Shown in pieces: positions 32,750 to 40,429 of a stretch of 64,000 nt of DNA (position 1 is its first letter; each line of letters opens with the position of its first letter). The notes under the pieces were generated by a model, which saw only the letters and a list, made by a program, of their open reading frames with translations, was not told the origin of the DNA and made no database searches. This stretch comes from Rubrivivax sp. (GTDB lineage Bacteria; Pseudomonadota; Gammaproteobacteria; Burkholderiales; Burkholderiaceae_C): positions 1,227 through 65,226 of the forward strand of contig JALHPY010000011.1 of NCBI GenBank assembly GCA_022842305.1, given 5' to 3'. The translations under genes and the position numbers were made by a program.

Positions 32750-34150
32750 ATGAACGCGCAAGCCATCCTCACCGCCATGCTGCCGGAGCACCTGCTGCTC
32801 ATCGGCATCGTGCTGACGGTGATCCTCGAGATCGCCGGCAAGGCGCGCCACGCGGCGCTGCCCGTGGCCCTGATCAGCGTGGGTGCCGCCACGGTGGCCG
32901 CTGCCTGGCTGGCGCTGTCCGGCTACTCGGCCGCGCCCTTTGCCGGCCAGTTCTCGGTGAGCCCCGGCCCGCTGATGGCCAAGGCCATGGTGCTGGCGCT
33001 GGCCCTGCCGGTGCTGCTGATCGCCGGCAGCGACTTCGGCCCCGAAGGTTCGTACGGCGGTGAGTTCAGCACGCTGCTGCTGTCGTCGCTGTACGGCGTG
33101 TGCCTGATGCAGTCGGCCGACAGCTTCATGACCCTGTTCCTGGGCCTGGAGATCATGTCGCTGCCGGTCTACGTGCTGGTGCTGCTGGCCTGGCGCCGGC
33201 CGCAGGCGGCAGAGGCCGCGCTCAAGTACTTGGTGCTGGGCGGTGCGGCCTCGGCCACGCTGCTGATGGGGGCCTCCCTGCTGTACGGTGCCAGCGGTTC
33301 GCTGGACCTGGCCACCTTCGCGCAGGCGCTGTCGTCCACCGACCCCCTGGTGCGCACCGCCGTCGTGCTGGTGCTGCTGTCCTTCTTCCTCAAGGCCGCC
33401 ATCGTGCCCTTCCACGCCTGGGCGCCCGACGCGTACGAAGGCGCCAGCGTCCCGGTCACGGCCTTCATGGCGGTCATCGTCAAGGCCGCGGTGCTGCTGG
33501 CCGCGGTGCGCCTGTTCGGCGAAGGCCGGCTGGTATCGCCGGTGCTGGAGATCGTGGCCGTGCTGCCGCTGGTGAGCATCGTCTGGGGCAACCTGGCGGC
33601 GATGCGCCAGCCCAATCTGCGCCGCATGATCGCCTACAGCTCGATCGCCCACGCCGGCTACCTGTTCTACGCCTTCCTGGGCGAGCCCGAAGGGCGGCTG
33701 CAGGCCGTGGCCTTCTACCTGCTGGCCTATGGCCTGCTCAACCTGCTGGTCTTCACCGCGTTGCCGCCCGCGGCCGACGATGGCGAGCGCGACAAGCTCG
33801 AGAACCTCAAGGGCCTGTTCCACCGCAACCCCTTTGCCGCGCTGATGATCGGCCTGGCCATGCTTTCGCTGGCCGGCATTCCGCCGCTGCCGGGTTTCAT
33901 CGCCAAGTTCCTGATCTTCAAGAACGTCATTGCCGCCGGCTACGTGAGCTACGCGGTGCTGGGCCTGGTGGGCAGCTTCCTGGGCATCTACTTCTACTTC
34001 CGCGTCATCCAGTTCATGTTCATGAGCCCGGATGCCGCCGCGCCGGTGGACGGCCCGGTGCGCCGCATCGCCGTTACCGCCAGCCTGGCCTGCCTGGGCG
34101 CGGCACTGGTGGTGGCGGTGTTCCCCGGCTGGGTGATGGCGCACTGGTAG
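32750..34150 (+). CDS. nuoN: NADH:quinone oxidoreductase subunit N
   Basis: 466-aa antiporter-like subunit (...FFLKAAIVPFHAWAPDAYEGA...). Confidence 0.92.
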   Translation: MNAQAILTAMLPEHLLLIGIVLTVILEIAGKARHAALPVALISVGAATVAAAWLALSGYSAAPFAGQFSVSPGPLMAKAMVLALALPVLLIAGSDFGPEGSYGGEFSTLLLSSLYGVCLMQSADSFMTLFLGLEIMSLPVYVLVLLAWRRPQAAEAALKYLVLGGAASATLLMGASLLYGASGSLDLATFAQALSSTDPLVRTAVVLVLLSFFLKAAIVPFHAWAPDAYEGASVPVTAFMAVIVKAAVLLAAVRLFGEGRLVSPVLEIVAVLPLVSIVWGNLAAMRQPNLRRMIAYSSIAHAGYLFYAFLGEPEGRLQAVAFYLLAYGLLNLLVFTALPPAADDGERDKLENLKGLFHRNPFAALMIGLAMLSLAGIPPLPGFIAKFLIFKNVIAAGYVSYAVLGLVGSFLGIYFYFRVIQFMFMSPDAAAPVDGPVRRIAVTASLACLGAALVVAVFPGWVMAHW

Positions 34151-34168
34151 CGCGCACGATGATCAGCG

Positions 34169-34483
34169 TCAGTGATAGTCCTCTTCACGCTGGTGGCGCA
34201 GCGCCAGCACGACGACTTTCGACGCACTGACGATCTCGAAGAGCGCCACATAGCCGGTGGCGCCGAACGGGATGATCAATTCCCGCTGGGCCGGGTTGCC
34301 GGCCGCCTTGCGGAAGCTGAAGGGCGTGATCGCCAGCCGGTGCTGCGCCGCCGCCCTGCAGGCGTCGATCGCAGCCTGGGCGCGATCAAGGTCTTCGGTC
34401 GTGTCTGCCTGGTCGAGCAGGAAGTCGAAGAGGCGCTCCAGGTCGGCCTCGGCCGCAGGCGACAGCTCGACGACAAAGCTCAC
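34169..34483 (-). CDS. ParE/RelE-family type II toxin
   Basis: 104 aa. GTGA overlap with the upstream antitoxin gene. ...AEADLERLFDFL...ELIIPFGATGYVALFEI... is typical of ParE-like plasmid-stabilisation toxins. Confidence 0.75.
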   Translation of the reverse strand: MSFVVELSPAAEADLERLFDFLLDQADTTEDLDRAQAAIDACRAAAQHRLAITPFSFRKAAGNPAQRELIIPFGATGYVALFEIVSASKVVVLALRHQREEDYH

Positions 34484-34752
34484 CGGACCAGCTTCTTGCG
34501 CTTGGCGTCCAGCTTGGACTGCAGTCTCTCCAGAACGGTCTCGACCGGTATCGATGCGCCCGTCCGGTGGTACTCCTCGGACGCTGCTTGCGCGCGGGCA
34601 TGGAAGGCGGTCTGGACGCGCCGGAAGGCGATGGCGCTGCGCACGGTCGCCTCGACGAAGTCGGTCAGGGTCTCGCCCTGCCTGAGCACGGACTCGAGTT
34701 CAGCGCGCAGTTCGGGCTCGACGCGGATCTGGGGTATGACGGCGGACTTCAT
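34480..34752 (-). CDS. Ribbon-helix-helix-type antitoxin partner of the ParE-like toxin
   Basis: 90 aa, with an N-terminal beta-strand/helix pattern (IPQIRVEPELRAELESVL). Translationally coupled to the toxin. Confidence 0.6.
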   Translation of the reverse strand: MKSAVIPQIRVEPELRAELESVLRQGETLTDFVEATVRSAIAFRRVQTAFHARAQAASEEYHRTGASIPVETVLERLQSKLDAKRKKLVR

Positions 34753-34953
34753 CGGCGCAGTGTATTGCGTTTGCGTTGCGTTCGCAGATGGGCCGGCAGG
34801 TGTCGCCGTTCGAGATGGATGGGGTAGTCGGTTGTCGGCCGGGAACAGTCCTCGAAGGCGGGCTGCTACGCCGCAGGCCGCATGTCGTTTCGTGGTTCGT
34901 TGCTGGCGCGGCCACTGAATGGCTAAAATGGCCAGTCACTGAAGGAGCCACCG

Positions 34954-35223
34954 ATGCGAGTTACCGCCACCGAAGCCAAGAACCGCTTTGGCAGCCTCTG
35001 CGCCCAGGCCAAGCGCGAACCGGTGTTCGTGGAGAAGGCTGGTCAACTCGACACAGTGATTCTCTCGGCCGAGCAATACCAAGCCCTCCAGGCGCACCAG
35101 GACAAGGCCAGCCGCGCTGCGCGCAAGAAGGCGTTCGAGGCCGACTTTGGCGACTGGATTGCCGCCCAGAACGCCCGCTTTGAAGCGCATGGCGCACCTG
35201 GGGCCGACTTGCGCCCGTGGTGA
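34954..35223 (+). CDS. Antitoxin with Phd/YefM-like N-terminus and CcdA-like C-terminus
   Basis: The N-terminus VTATEAKNRFGSLCAQAKREPVFVEKAGQLDTVILSAEQYQAL is Phd/YefM-like. The C-terminus DWIAAQNARFEAHGAPGADLRPW resembles the CcdA toxin-binding tail. Confidence 0.65.
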   Translation: MRVTATEAKNRFGSLCAQAKREPVFVEKAGQLDTVILSAEQYQALQAHQDKASRAARKKAFEADFGDWIAAQNARFEAHGAPGADLRPW

Positions 35224-35230
35224 GAGCCCG

Positions 35231-35545
35231 ATGGCCCAGTACGACGTCTTCGCCAACCCGAGCAGCAGCGCAACCACCGGGATCCCATACGTGGTCGTGC
35301 TCCAGAGCGATCTGCTCGATGCCCTGGCCACGCGTCTGACCATTCCATTGGCCGTTCTGGATTTCGCGGGCAAGGTTCCGACAGCGCTTTGTCCGGTCGT
35401 CATGGTCAAGGGTAAGCGCCTGCATGCGCTGGCGCACTATGCCGCGCCTCTGCCGGTCAAGGTGTTGCGGCGACCGGTGGACAACGTGGCGGCACAGGCC
35501 AGCGCGCTGGTGGCAGCCATGGACGCGGTGCTGTCGGGTTTCTAG
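35231..35545 (+). CDS. ccdB: CcdB-family toxin (gyrase-poison family)
   Basis: ATG at 35231. The pattern MAQYDVF...YVVVLQSDLLDALATRLTIPL...LCPVV...AMDAVLSGF follows the CcdB family consensus. Confidence 0.8.
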   Translation: MAQYDVFANPSSSATTGIPYVVVLQSDLLDALATRLTIPLAVLDFAGKVPTALCPVVMVKGKRLHALAHYAAPLPVKVLRRPVDNVAAQASALVAAMDAVLSGF

Positions 35546-35758
35546 TTCGTGCGGAGCCGGATGACCGCTTTGCGACAACGGAGCCGGGAAGTCGGCTGTC
35601 GCTTCAGGGTGTGCGCCGACCGCCACCCGCCACCCGCCGCGCGAAGCAGACACACGCCTGCACCGCCCAGGCGATAGTCGACAAGAAAACCAGAGCGCAG
35701 CGGCGCACATTAGGATGGCCCGTCCGGCCCTTCAGGGGCCCATCAACAGGGGAAGCGG

Positions 35759-37240
35759 ATGACGGGCGAAGCGGACAGCGGCAAGCTGCTGGTACTGGGT
35801 GCCAGTGGCTATGTCGGCACGCACCTGGTGCCCTTTCTCACGGCGCGCGGCCACACGGTGCGCGCTGCCGCGCGCCGGCTGGATGCGCTGCAGGCGCGCG
35901 CCTGGCCCGGCGTGGAACTCGTCGCCGCCGACGCGCTGGACCCGGCCAGCCTTGACCGCGCGCTGCAAGGCGTGCGCGTCGCCTACTACCTGGTGCATTC
36001 GATGGCCGCGGGCGCGGACTTCCCGCAGCTCGACCGCGACGCCGCCACCGGCTTTGCCGCCGCCGCGGCGCGCGCCGGCGTGCAACGCATCGTCTACCTG
36101 GGCGGGCTGCTGCCTTCGGGCGGCGCCTCGGCCCACCTGGCTTCGCGCGGCGAGACCGGCGACATCCTGCGCGCGGGCCCGGTGCCGGTGACCGAACTGC
36201 GCGCCGGCGTCATCATCGGCCCGGGCTCGGCCGCGTTCGAAGTCATACGCGACCTGGTCTTCCACCTGCCGGCCATGGTCACGCCCAAGTGGGTGACATC
36301 GCGCTCGCAGCCCATCGCGCTGGCCGACGTGCTGGAGTACCTGGAGCAGCTGCCGCGCATCCAAGCCGCGGCCGGTGGCATCTACGACGTGGGCGGCCCC
36401 GAGGTGCTGACCTACAAGCAGCTGATGCAGCAGTTCGGCGCGCTGGTGGGGCGCAAACCGCTCATCGTGCCGGTGCCGGTGCTCACGCCGCGGCTGTCGT
36501 CGTACTGGCTCAACCTGGTGACGGCCGTGCCCACCAACGTGGCGCGGGCGTTGATCGAAGGGCTGGAGCACGACGTGCTGGCCGACAACGCGGCCATACA
36601 GGCGCTGATCCCGCTGCCGCTGAAGACCTACCGCGAGGCCGCGCGCGCAGCCTTCGAGGCCGAGGGCGCGCCGCCGGATGCCGATGCCGGGCGTGGCCGC
36701 TGGACCGATGGCTCGATGCTCTACCGCCAGAACCGCCCCGACTTCGCCTTCTACGCCAAGCGCATGCAGGCCGAGGCCCAGGCGCAGTGTGGTGCGGACG
36801 CGCTGTGGGCCGAGGTGCAGGCCATCGGCGGGGCCAATGGCTACTACTACCTGGACGCGCTGTGGCAGGTTCGCGGCCAGTTGGACCGGGTGCTCGGCGG
36901 CAGCGGCCTGACGCGCGGCCGCCGCCACCCGCAGGAGCTGGCGCTGGGCGAGGCCATCGACTTCTGGCGCGTGGTGGCGCTGGAGCCCGGCCACCGGCTC
37001 ACGCTGCTGGCCGAGATGAAACTGCCCGGATCGGCCGCGCTGGGCTTCGAGGTGCTGGCCCAGGAAGGCGGGCGCAGCAAGGTCGTGGTCACCGCGTACT
37101 TCCACCCGGCGGGCGTGCGCGGCCTGCTGTACTGGCATGCGCTGACGCCGGCGCATGCCGTGATCTTTCCGGGCCTGGCCCAGGCCATCGTGCGGCGGGC
37201 CGAGGCCCGCGCCCGCACGGTGGCGGACGCAAAGGCTTAG
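35759..37240 (+). CDS. NAD(P)-binding SDR/NmrA-like domain fused to a DUF2867-like C-terminal domain
   Basis: N-terminal LVLGASGYVGTHLV Rossmann motif. The C-terminal half is typical of DUF2867 fusions. Confidence 0.7.
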   Translation: MTGEADSGKLLVLGASGYVGTHLVPFLTARGHTVRAAARRLDALQARAWPGVELVAADALDPASLDRALQGVRVAYYLVHSMAAGADFPQLDRDAATGFAAAAARAGVQRIVYLGGLLPSGGASAHLASRGETGDILRAGPVPVTELRAGVIIGPGSAAFEVIRDLVFHLPAMVTPKWVTSRSQPIALADVLEYLEQLPRIQAAAGGIYDVGGPEVLTYKQLMQQFGALVGRKPLIVPVPVLTPRLSSYWLNLVTAVPTNVARALIEGLEHDVLADNAAIQALIPLPLKTYREAARAAFEAEGAPPDADAGRGRWTDGSMLYRQNRPDFAFYAKRMQAEAQAQCGADALWAEVQAIGGANGYYYLDALWQVRGQLDRVLGGSGLTRGRRHPQELALGEAIDFWRVVALEPGHRLTLLAEMKLPGSAALGFEVLAQEGGRSKVVVTAYFHPAGVRGLLYWHALTPAHAVIFPGLAQAIVRRAEARARTVADAKA

Positions 37241-37713
37241 GTGCCGGCGCGCTTGGCCTCGGGCAGGTACATGTCCAGCAGCTGAACGCGCGTGGCGCGC
37301 AGGCGCTCGGACACCACGCCCATCAGGCGCAGCATGAAGGCCATGCCGAACTCCGGGTCGGCCTTGAAGGCGGCCAGCAGCTGCTCGCCCTCGAAGGCCA
37401 GCGCCGTGACCGGCGCCAGCGCACGCGCCTGGAAGTGCTTGCCGGCGTTCGACAGCACGGCAGACCAGTCGAATTCGTCGCCGGCAAACAGCGTCTGCAC
37501 GCGCATCACGGTGCCGGGCATCTCGAGCTCCAGCGCGACCATGCCTTCGCCCAGCAGGTAGAAGACGGAGTGGGTGTCGCCTTCGTGGAAGATGATCTGG
37601 CCGCTTTCGAAGTGCACCTGCCGGGCCAGCGAGGCCAGCTTCTCGGTGTGCTCGGCGCGGAAGCCAGAGACGAAGGGATGCTTCTGCAGCACAGGCAACA
37701 GGGAATCGGACAT
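37237..37713 (-). CDS. Stand-alone cyclic-nucleotide-binding-domain protein (no DNA-binding domain)
   Basis: 158 aa. FHEGDTHSVFYLLGEGMVALEL...FAGDEFDWSA is a cNMP-binding/Crp-sensor-type beta-roll. The protein ends before any HTH. Confidence 0.7.
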   Translation of the reverse strand: MSDSLLPVLQKHPFVSGFRAEHTEKLASLARQVHFESGQIIFHEGDTHSVFYLLGEGMVALELEMPGTVMRVQTLFAGDEFDWSAVLSNAGKHFQARALAPVTALAFEGEQLLAAFKADPEFGMAFMLRLMGVVSERLRATRVQLLDMYLPEAKRAGT

Positions 37714-37809
37714 GCTTTCTCCTCGGCGGGCCGCTCGAACGGGGGCCCCATCCAGCCGGCGCGTCCGCTGCGTTGAGCCGCGATTCTGCGCCGCCGCCCC
37801 GGGCCACCG

Positions 37810-37823
37810 TTGACCTTGCTCAA
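37810..37823. promoter_or_regulatory. FNR/CRP-family-like box TTGACcttgCTCAA (8/10)
   Basis: First of three spaced boxes in the divergent cNMP-protein/nfnA-like intergenic region. Confidence 0.3.
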
Positions 37824-37842
37824 GCCCCCGGCGCGAGCCGAT

Positions 37843-37856
37843 TTCATCTGGATCAA
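37843..37856. promoter_or_regulatory. FNR/CRP-family-like box TTCATctggATCAA (9/10)
   Basis: Second box; the centre-to-centre distance to the first box is 33 bp. Confidence 0.4.
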
Positions 37857-37892
37857 GTGCAGGCCATGCGCCCAGCCAGCACCGGGGCAGGC

Positions 37893-37906
37893 TTGATCTA
37901 ACGCAA
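37893..37906. promoter_or_regulatory. FNR/CRP-family-like box TTGATctaaCGCAA (8/10)
   Basis: Third box, about 120 bp upstream of the ATG at 38024. Confidence 0.3.
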
Positions 37907-38023
37907 GAACCCGCAGGGGTACGCCGCTACTCTGGCCGCCAACACGGATCGTGCGGCCATGGCCCCGATGTGACCCGAGCCAGAGGCCACGCCGGCGCAG
38001 CGCCGCCACGCAAGGGGACAAGC

Positions 38024-38890
38024 ATGGCCGAGTTCGAGATCGTCGCGCGCGCCGATTTTTCCGACGTCACCTATTTGCTCGAGGTGAAGCATCCGCTGAT
38101 GGCCCGCGCCGCCAGGCCGGGCCAGTTCGTGATCGTCATGGAGCACGAACACGGTGAGCGCATACCGCTGACCATCGCCGACTTCGACCGCGACAAGGGC
38201 ACCATCACCCTGGTCATCCAGGCGGTGGGCAAGACCACGCAGGAGATGCAGCAGAACTGCCGCGTCGGCACCCATCTGCACGCGCTGGTGGGCCCCATGG
38301 GCATCCCCAGCCACATCGGCAAGGCCAGGAAGGTGGTGTGCGTGGGCGGCGGCCTGGGCGTGGCGCCCATCTACCCGCAGGCCCGTGCCTACAAGGAAAG
38401 CGGCGCCTACGTCATCGGCGTGCTGGGCTTCCGCAACAAGGGCCTGATGTTCTGGGAAGACAAGTTCCGCGCCTGCTGCGACGAGCTCATCGTCTGCACC
38501 GACGACGGCTCGGCCGGCATCAAGGGCCTGGTCACCGCGGGCATCCAGCAGGCGATCTCGGCGCACGCCGACATCGACGAGGTCGTGGCCATCGGCCCGC
38601 CCATCATGATGAAGGGCTGCGCCGACACCACGCGCCCCTTCGGCATCAAGACCATGGTCAGCCTGAACCCGGTGATGGTGGACGGCACGGGCATGTGCGG
38701 CGGCTGCCGCGTGAAGATCGGCGACGGCATCAAGTTCGCCTGCGTCGACGGCCCCGACTTCGACGGGCACCAGGTCGACTTCGACGACCTGATGGCACGT
38801 CTGGGCCGCTACAAGCCCACCGAGAAGGCAGCGCTGCAGGCCTGGCAAGACAGCTGCCGCCTGCGCGGCGGTGCCGGGCATAACCACTGA
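38024..38890 (+). CDS. PyrK/NfnA-like FAD/NAD(P)-binding 2Fe-2S oxidoreductase subunit
   Basis: ATG at 38024. ...RIPLTIADFD..., VCVGGGLGVAPI, and a C-terminal MCGGCRV...FACVDGPDF cluster motif. Confidence 0.8.
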   Translation: MAEFEIVARADFSDVTYLLEVKHPLMARAARPGQFVIVMEHEHGERIPLTIADFDRDKGTITLVIQAVGKTTQEMQQNCRVGTHLHALVGPMGIPSHIGKARKVVCVGGGLGVAPIYPQARAYKESGAYVIGVLGFRNKGLMFWEDKFRACCDELIVCTDDGSAGIKGLVTAGIQQAISAHADIDEVVAIGPPIMMKGCADTTRPFGIKTMVSLNPVMVDGTGMCGGCRVKIGDGIKFACVDGPDFDGHQVDFDDLMARLGRYKPTEKAALQAWQDSCRLRGGAGHNH

Positions 38891-38907
38891 GGCGCCGGAA
38901 GACACCC

Positions 38908-40416
38908 ATGGCCAAGAAGAAAACCATCCGCAGCATCCCCCAGGCGCGCACGCCCATGCCCGAGCAGGCACCGGAAGAGCGCATCAAGAACTTCGACGAG
39001 GTCGCCTGCGGCTACCGGCTCGAGGACGCCCTGGTCGAGGCTGAGCGCTGCCTGGACTGCGCCGACCAGCCCTGCGTGCGCGGCTGCCCGGTGGGCATCG
39101 ACATCCCCGGCTTCATCCGCAAGATCAGCGACAAGAACTTCCACGGCGCCTACGACGTCATCACCGACACCAACCTGCTGCCCAGCGTGTGCGGCCGTGT
39201 CTGCCCGCAGGAAAGCCAGTGCGAAGGTGTGTGCACCGTGGGCGAGACGCTGGAGCCGGTGGCCATCGGCCGCCTGGAGCGCTACGTCGGCGACATGGCC
39301 ATCGCCCAGGGCTGGAGCAACATCCCCTACATCGAGAAGCAGCCCTTCAAGGTGGGCATCGTCGGCTCGGGCCCGGCCGGCATGGCCTGCGCCGCCGACA
39401 TGGCCAAGGCCGGCTGCGACGTGACGGTGTACGAGGCGTTTCATGAGCCCGGCGGCGTGCTCAAGTACGGCATCCCCGACTTCCGCCTGCCCAACAGCGT
39501 GGTGGATGTCGAGATCGGCAAGCTGCGCCAGCTGGGCATCAAGTTCGAGAACAACACGCTCGTGGGCCGGCTGTTCACGCTGGAGCAGATGCTGGGCGAA
39601 CTGGGCTTTCACGCGGTCTTCGTGGGCACGGGCGCGGGCTATCCCAGCTTCATGGGCATTCCGGGTGAATCACTCGGTGGCGTGCTCTCGGCCAACGAAT
39701 GGCTGACGCGCTGCAACCTGATGCGCGGGCGCGACTTTCCCAGCTTCGACACTCCGCTGCAGCCGGGCAAGCGCGTGGCCGTGATCGGCGCCGGCAACAC
39801 CGCGATGGACGCCATGCGCGTGTCGCTGCGCGTGGGCGCCGAGAAGGTCTACTGCGTCTACCGCCGCAGCGCCGCCGAGGCCCCGGCGCGGGTCGAGGAA
39901 ATCCACCACGCGCAGCAGGAAGGCATCGAATTCCTCTGGCTCACCAGCCCGCTGGAACTGCTGGGCGACGAGAAGAACAACGTGCGCGGCATGCGCTGCG
40001 AACGCATGGAACTGGGCGAGCCCGACAGCTCGGGCCGGCGCAAGCCGGTGCCGGTGCCCGGCAGCGAATTCGAGCTCGAGACCGACATGGTGGTCTTTGC
40101 CATCGGCACCAACGCCAACCCCATCCTGGGTCAGACCTCGGGCCTGAAGCTCAACAAGCGCGGCTACATCGAGTGCGACGAGAACCTGGCCACCTCGATC
40201 GCCGGGGTCTATGCCGGGGGCGACATCGTCACCGGCGCGGCCACCGTGATCATGGCCATGGGCGCCGGCCGCAAGGCGGCGCGCGGCATGAAGGCCTACC
40301 TGGGCCTGCGCGACACCGAGGCCGTGTACGCACCTGCAGCCGCCGACGACCCGGTGGCGCGACTGTTCGGCATCGACCGCCGCGAGCGCGGCTTCGCGCG
40401 CCTGCATTTGGCTTGA
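38908..40416 (+). CDS. GltD/NfnB-like NAD(P)H-dependent oxidoreductase subunit (2x4Fe-4S plus FAD)
   Basis: CLDCADQPCVRGCP and CGRVCPQESQCEGVC motifs, then VGIVGSGPAGMACA and VIGAGNTAMD dinucleotide-binding motifs. Confidence 0.85.
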   Translation: MAKKKTIRSIPQARTPMPEQAPEERIKNFDEVACGYRLEDALVEAERCLDCADQPCVRGCPVGIDIPGFIRKISDKNFHGAYDVITDTNLLPSVCGRVCPQESQCEGVCTVGETLEPVAIGRLERYVGDMAIAQGWSNIPYIEKQPFKVGIVGSGPAGMACAADMAKAGCDVTVYEAFHEPGGVLKYGIPDFRLPNSVVDVEIGKLRQLGIKFENNTLVGRLFTLEQMLGELGFHAVFVGTGAGYPSFMGIPGESLGGVLSANEWLTRCNLMRGRDFPSFDTPLQPGKRVAVIGAGNTAMDAMRVSLRVGAEKVYCVYRRSAAEAPARVEEIHHAQQEGIEFLWLTSPLELLGDEKNNVRGMRCERMELGEPDSSGRRKPVPVPGSEFELETDMVVFAIGTNANPILGQTSGLKLNKRGYIECDENLATSIAGVYAGGDIVTGAATVIMAMGAGRKAARGMKAYLGLRDTEAVYAPAAADDPVARLFGIDRRERGFARLHLA

Positions 40417-40429
40417 ATCTGGAGACAGC

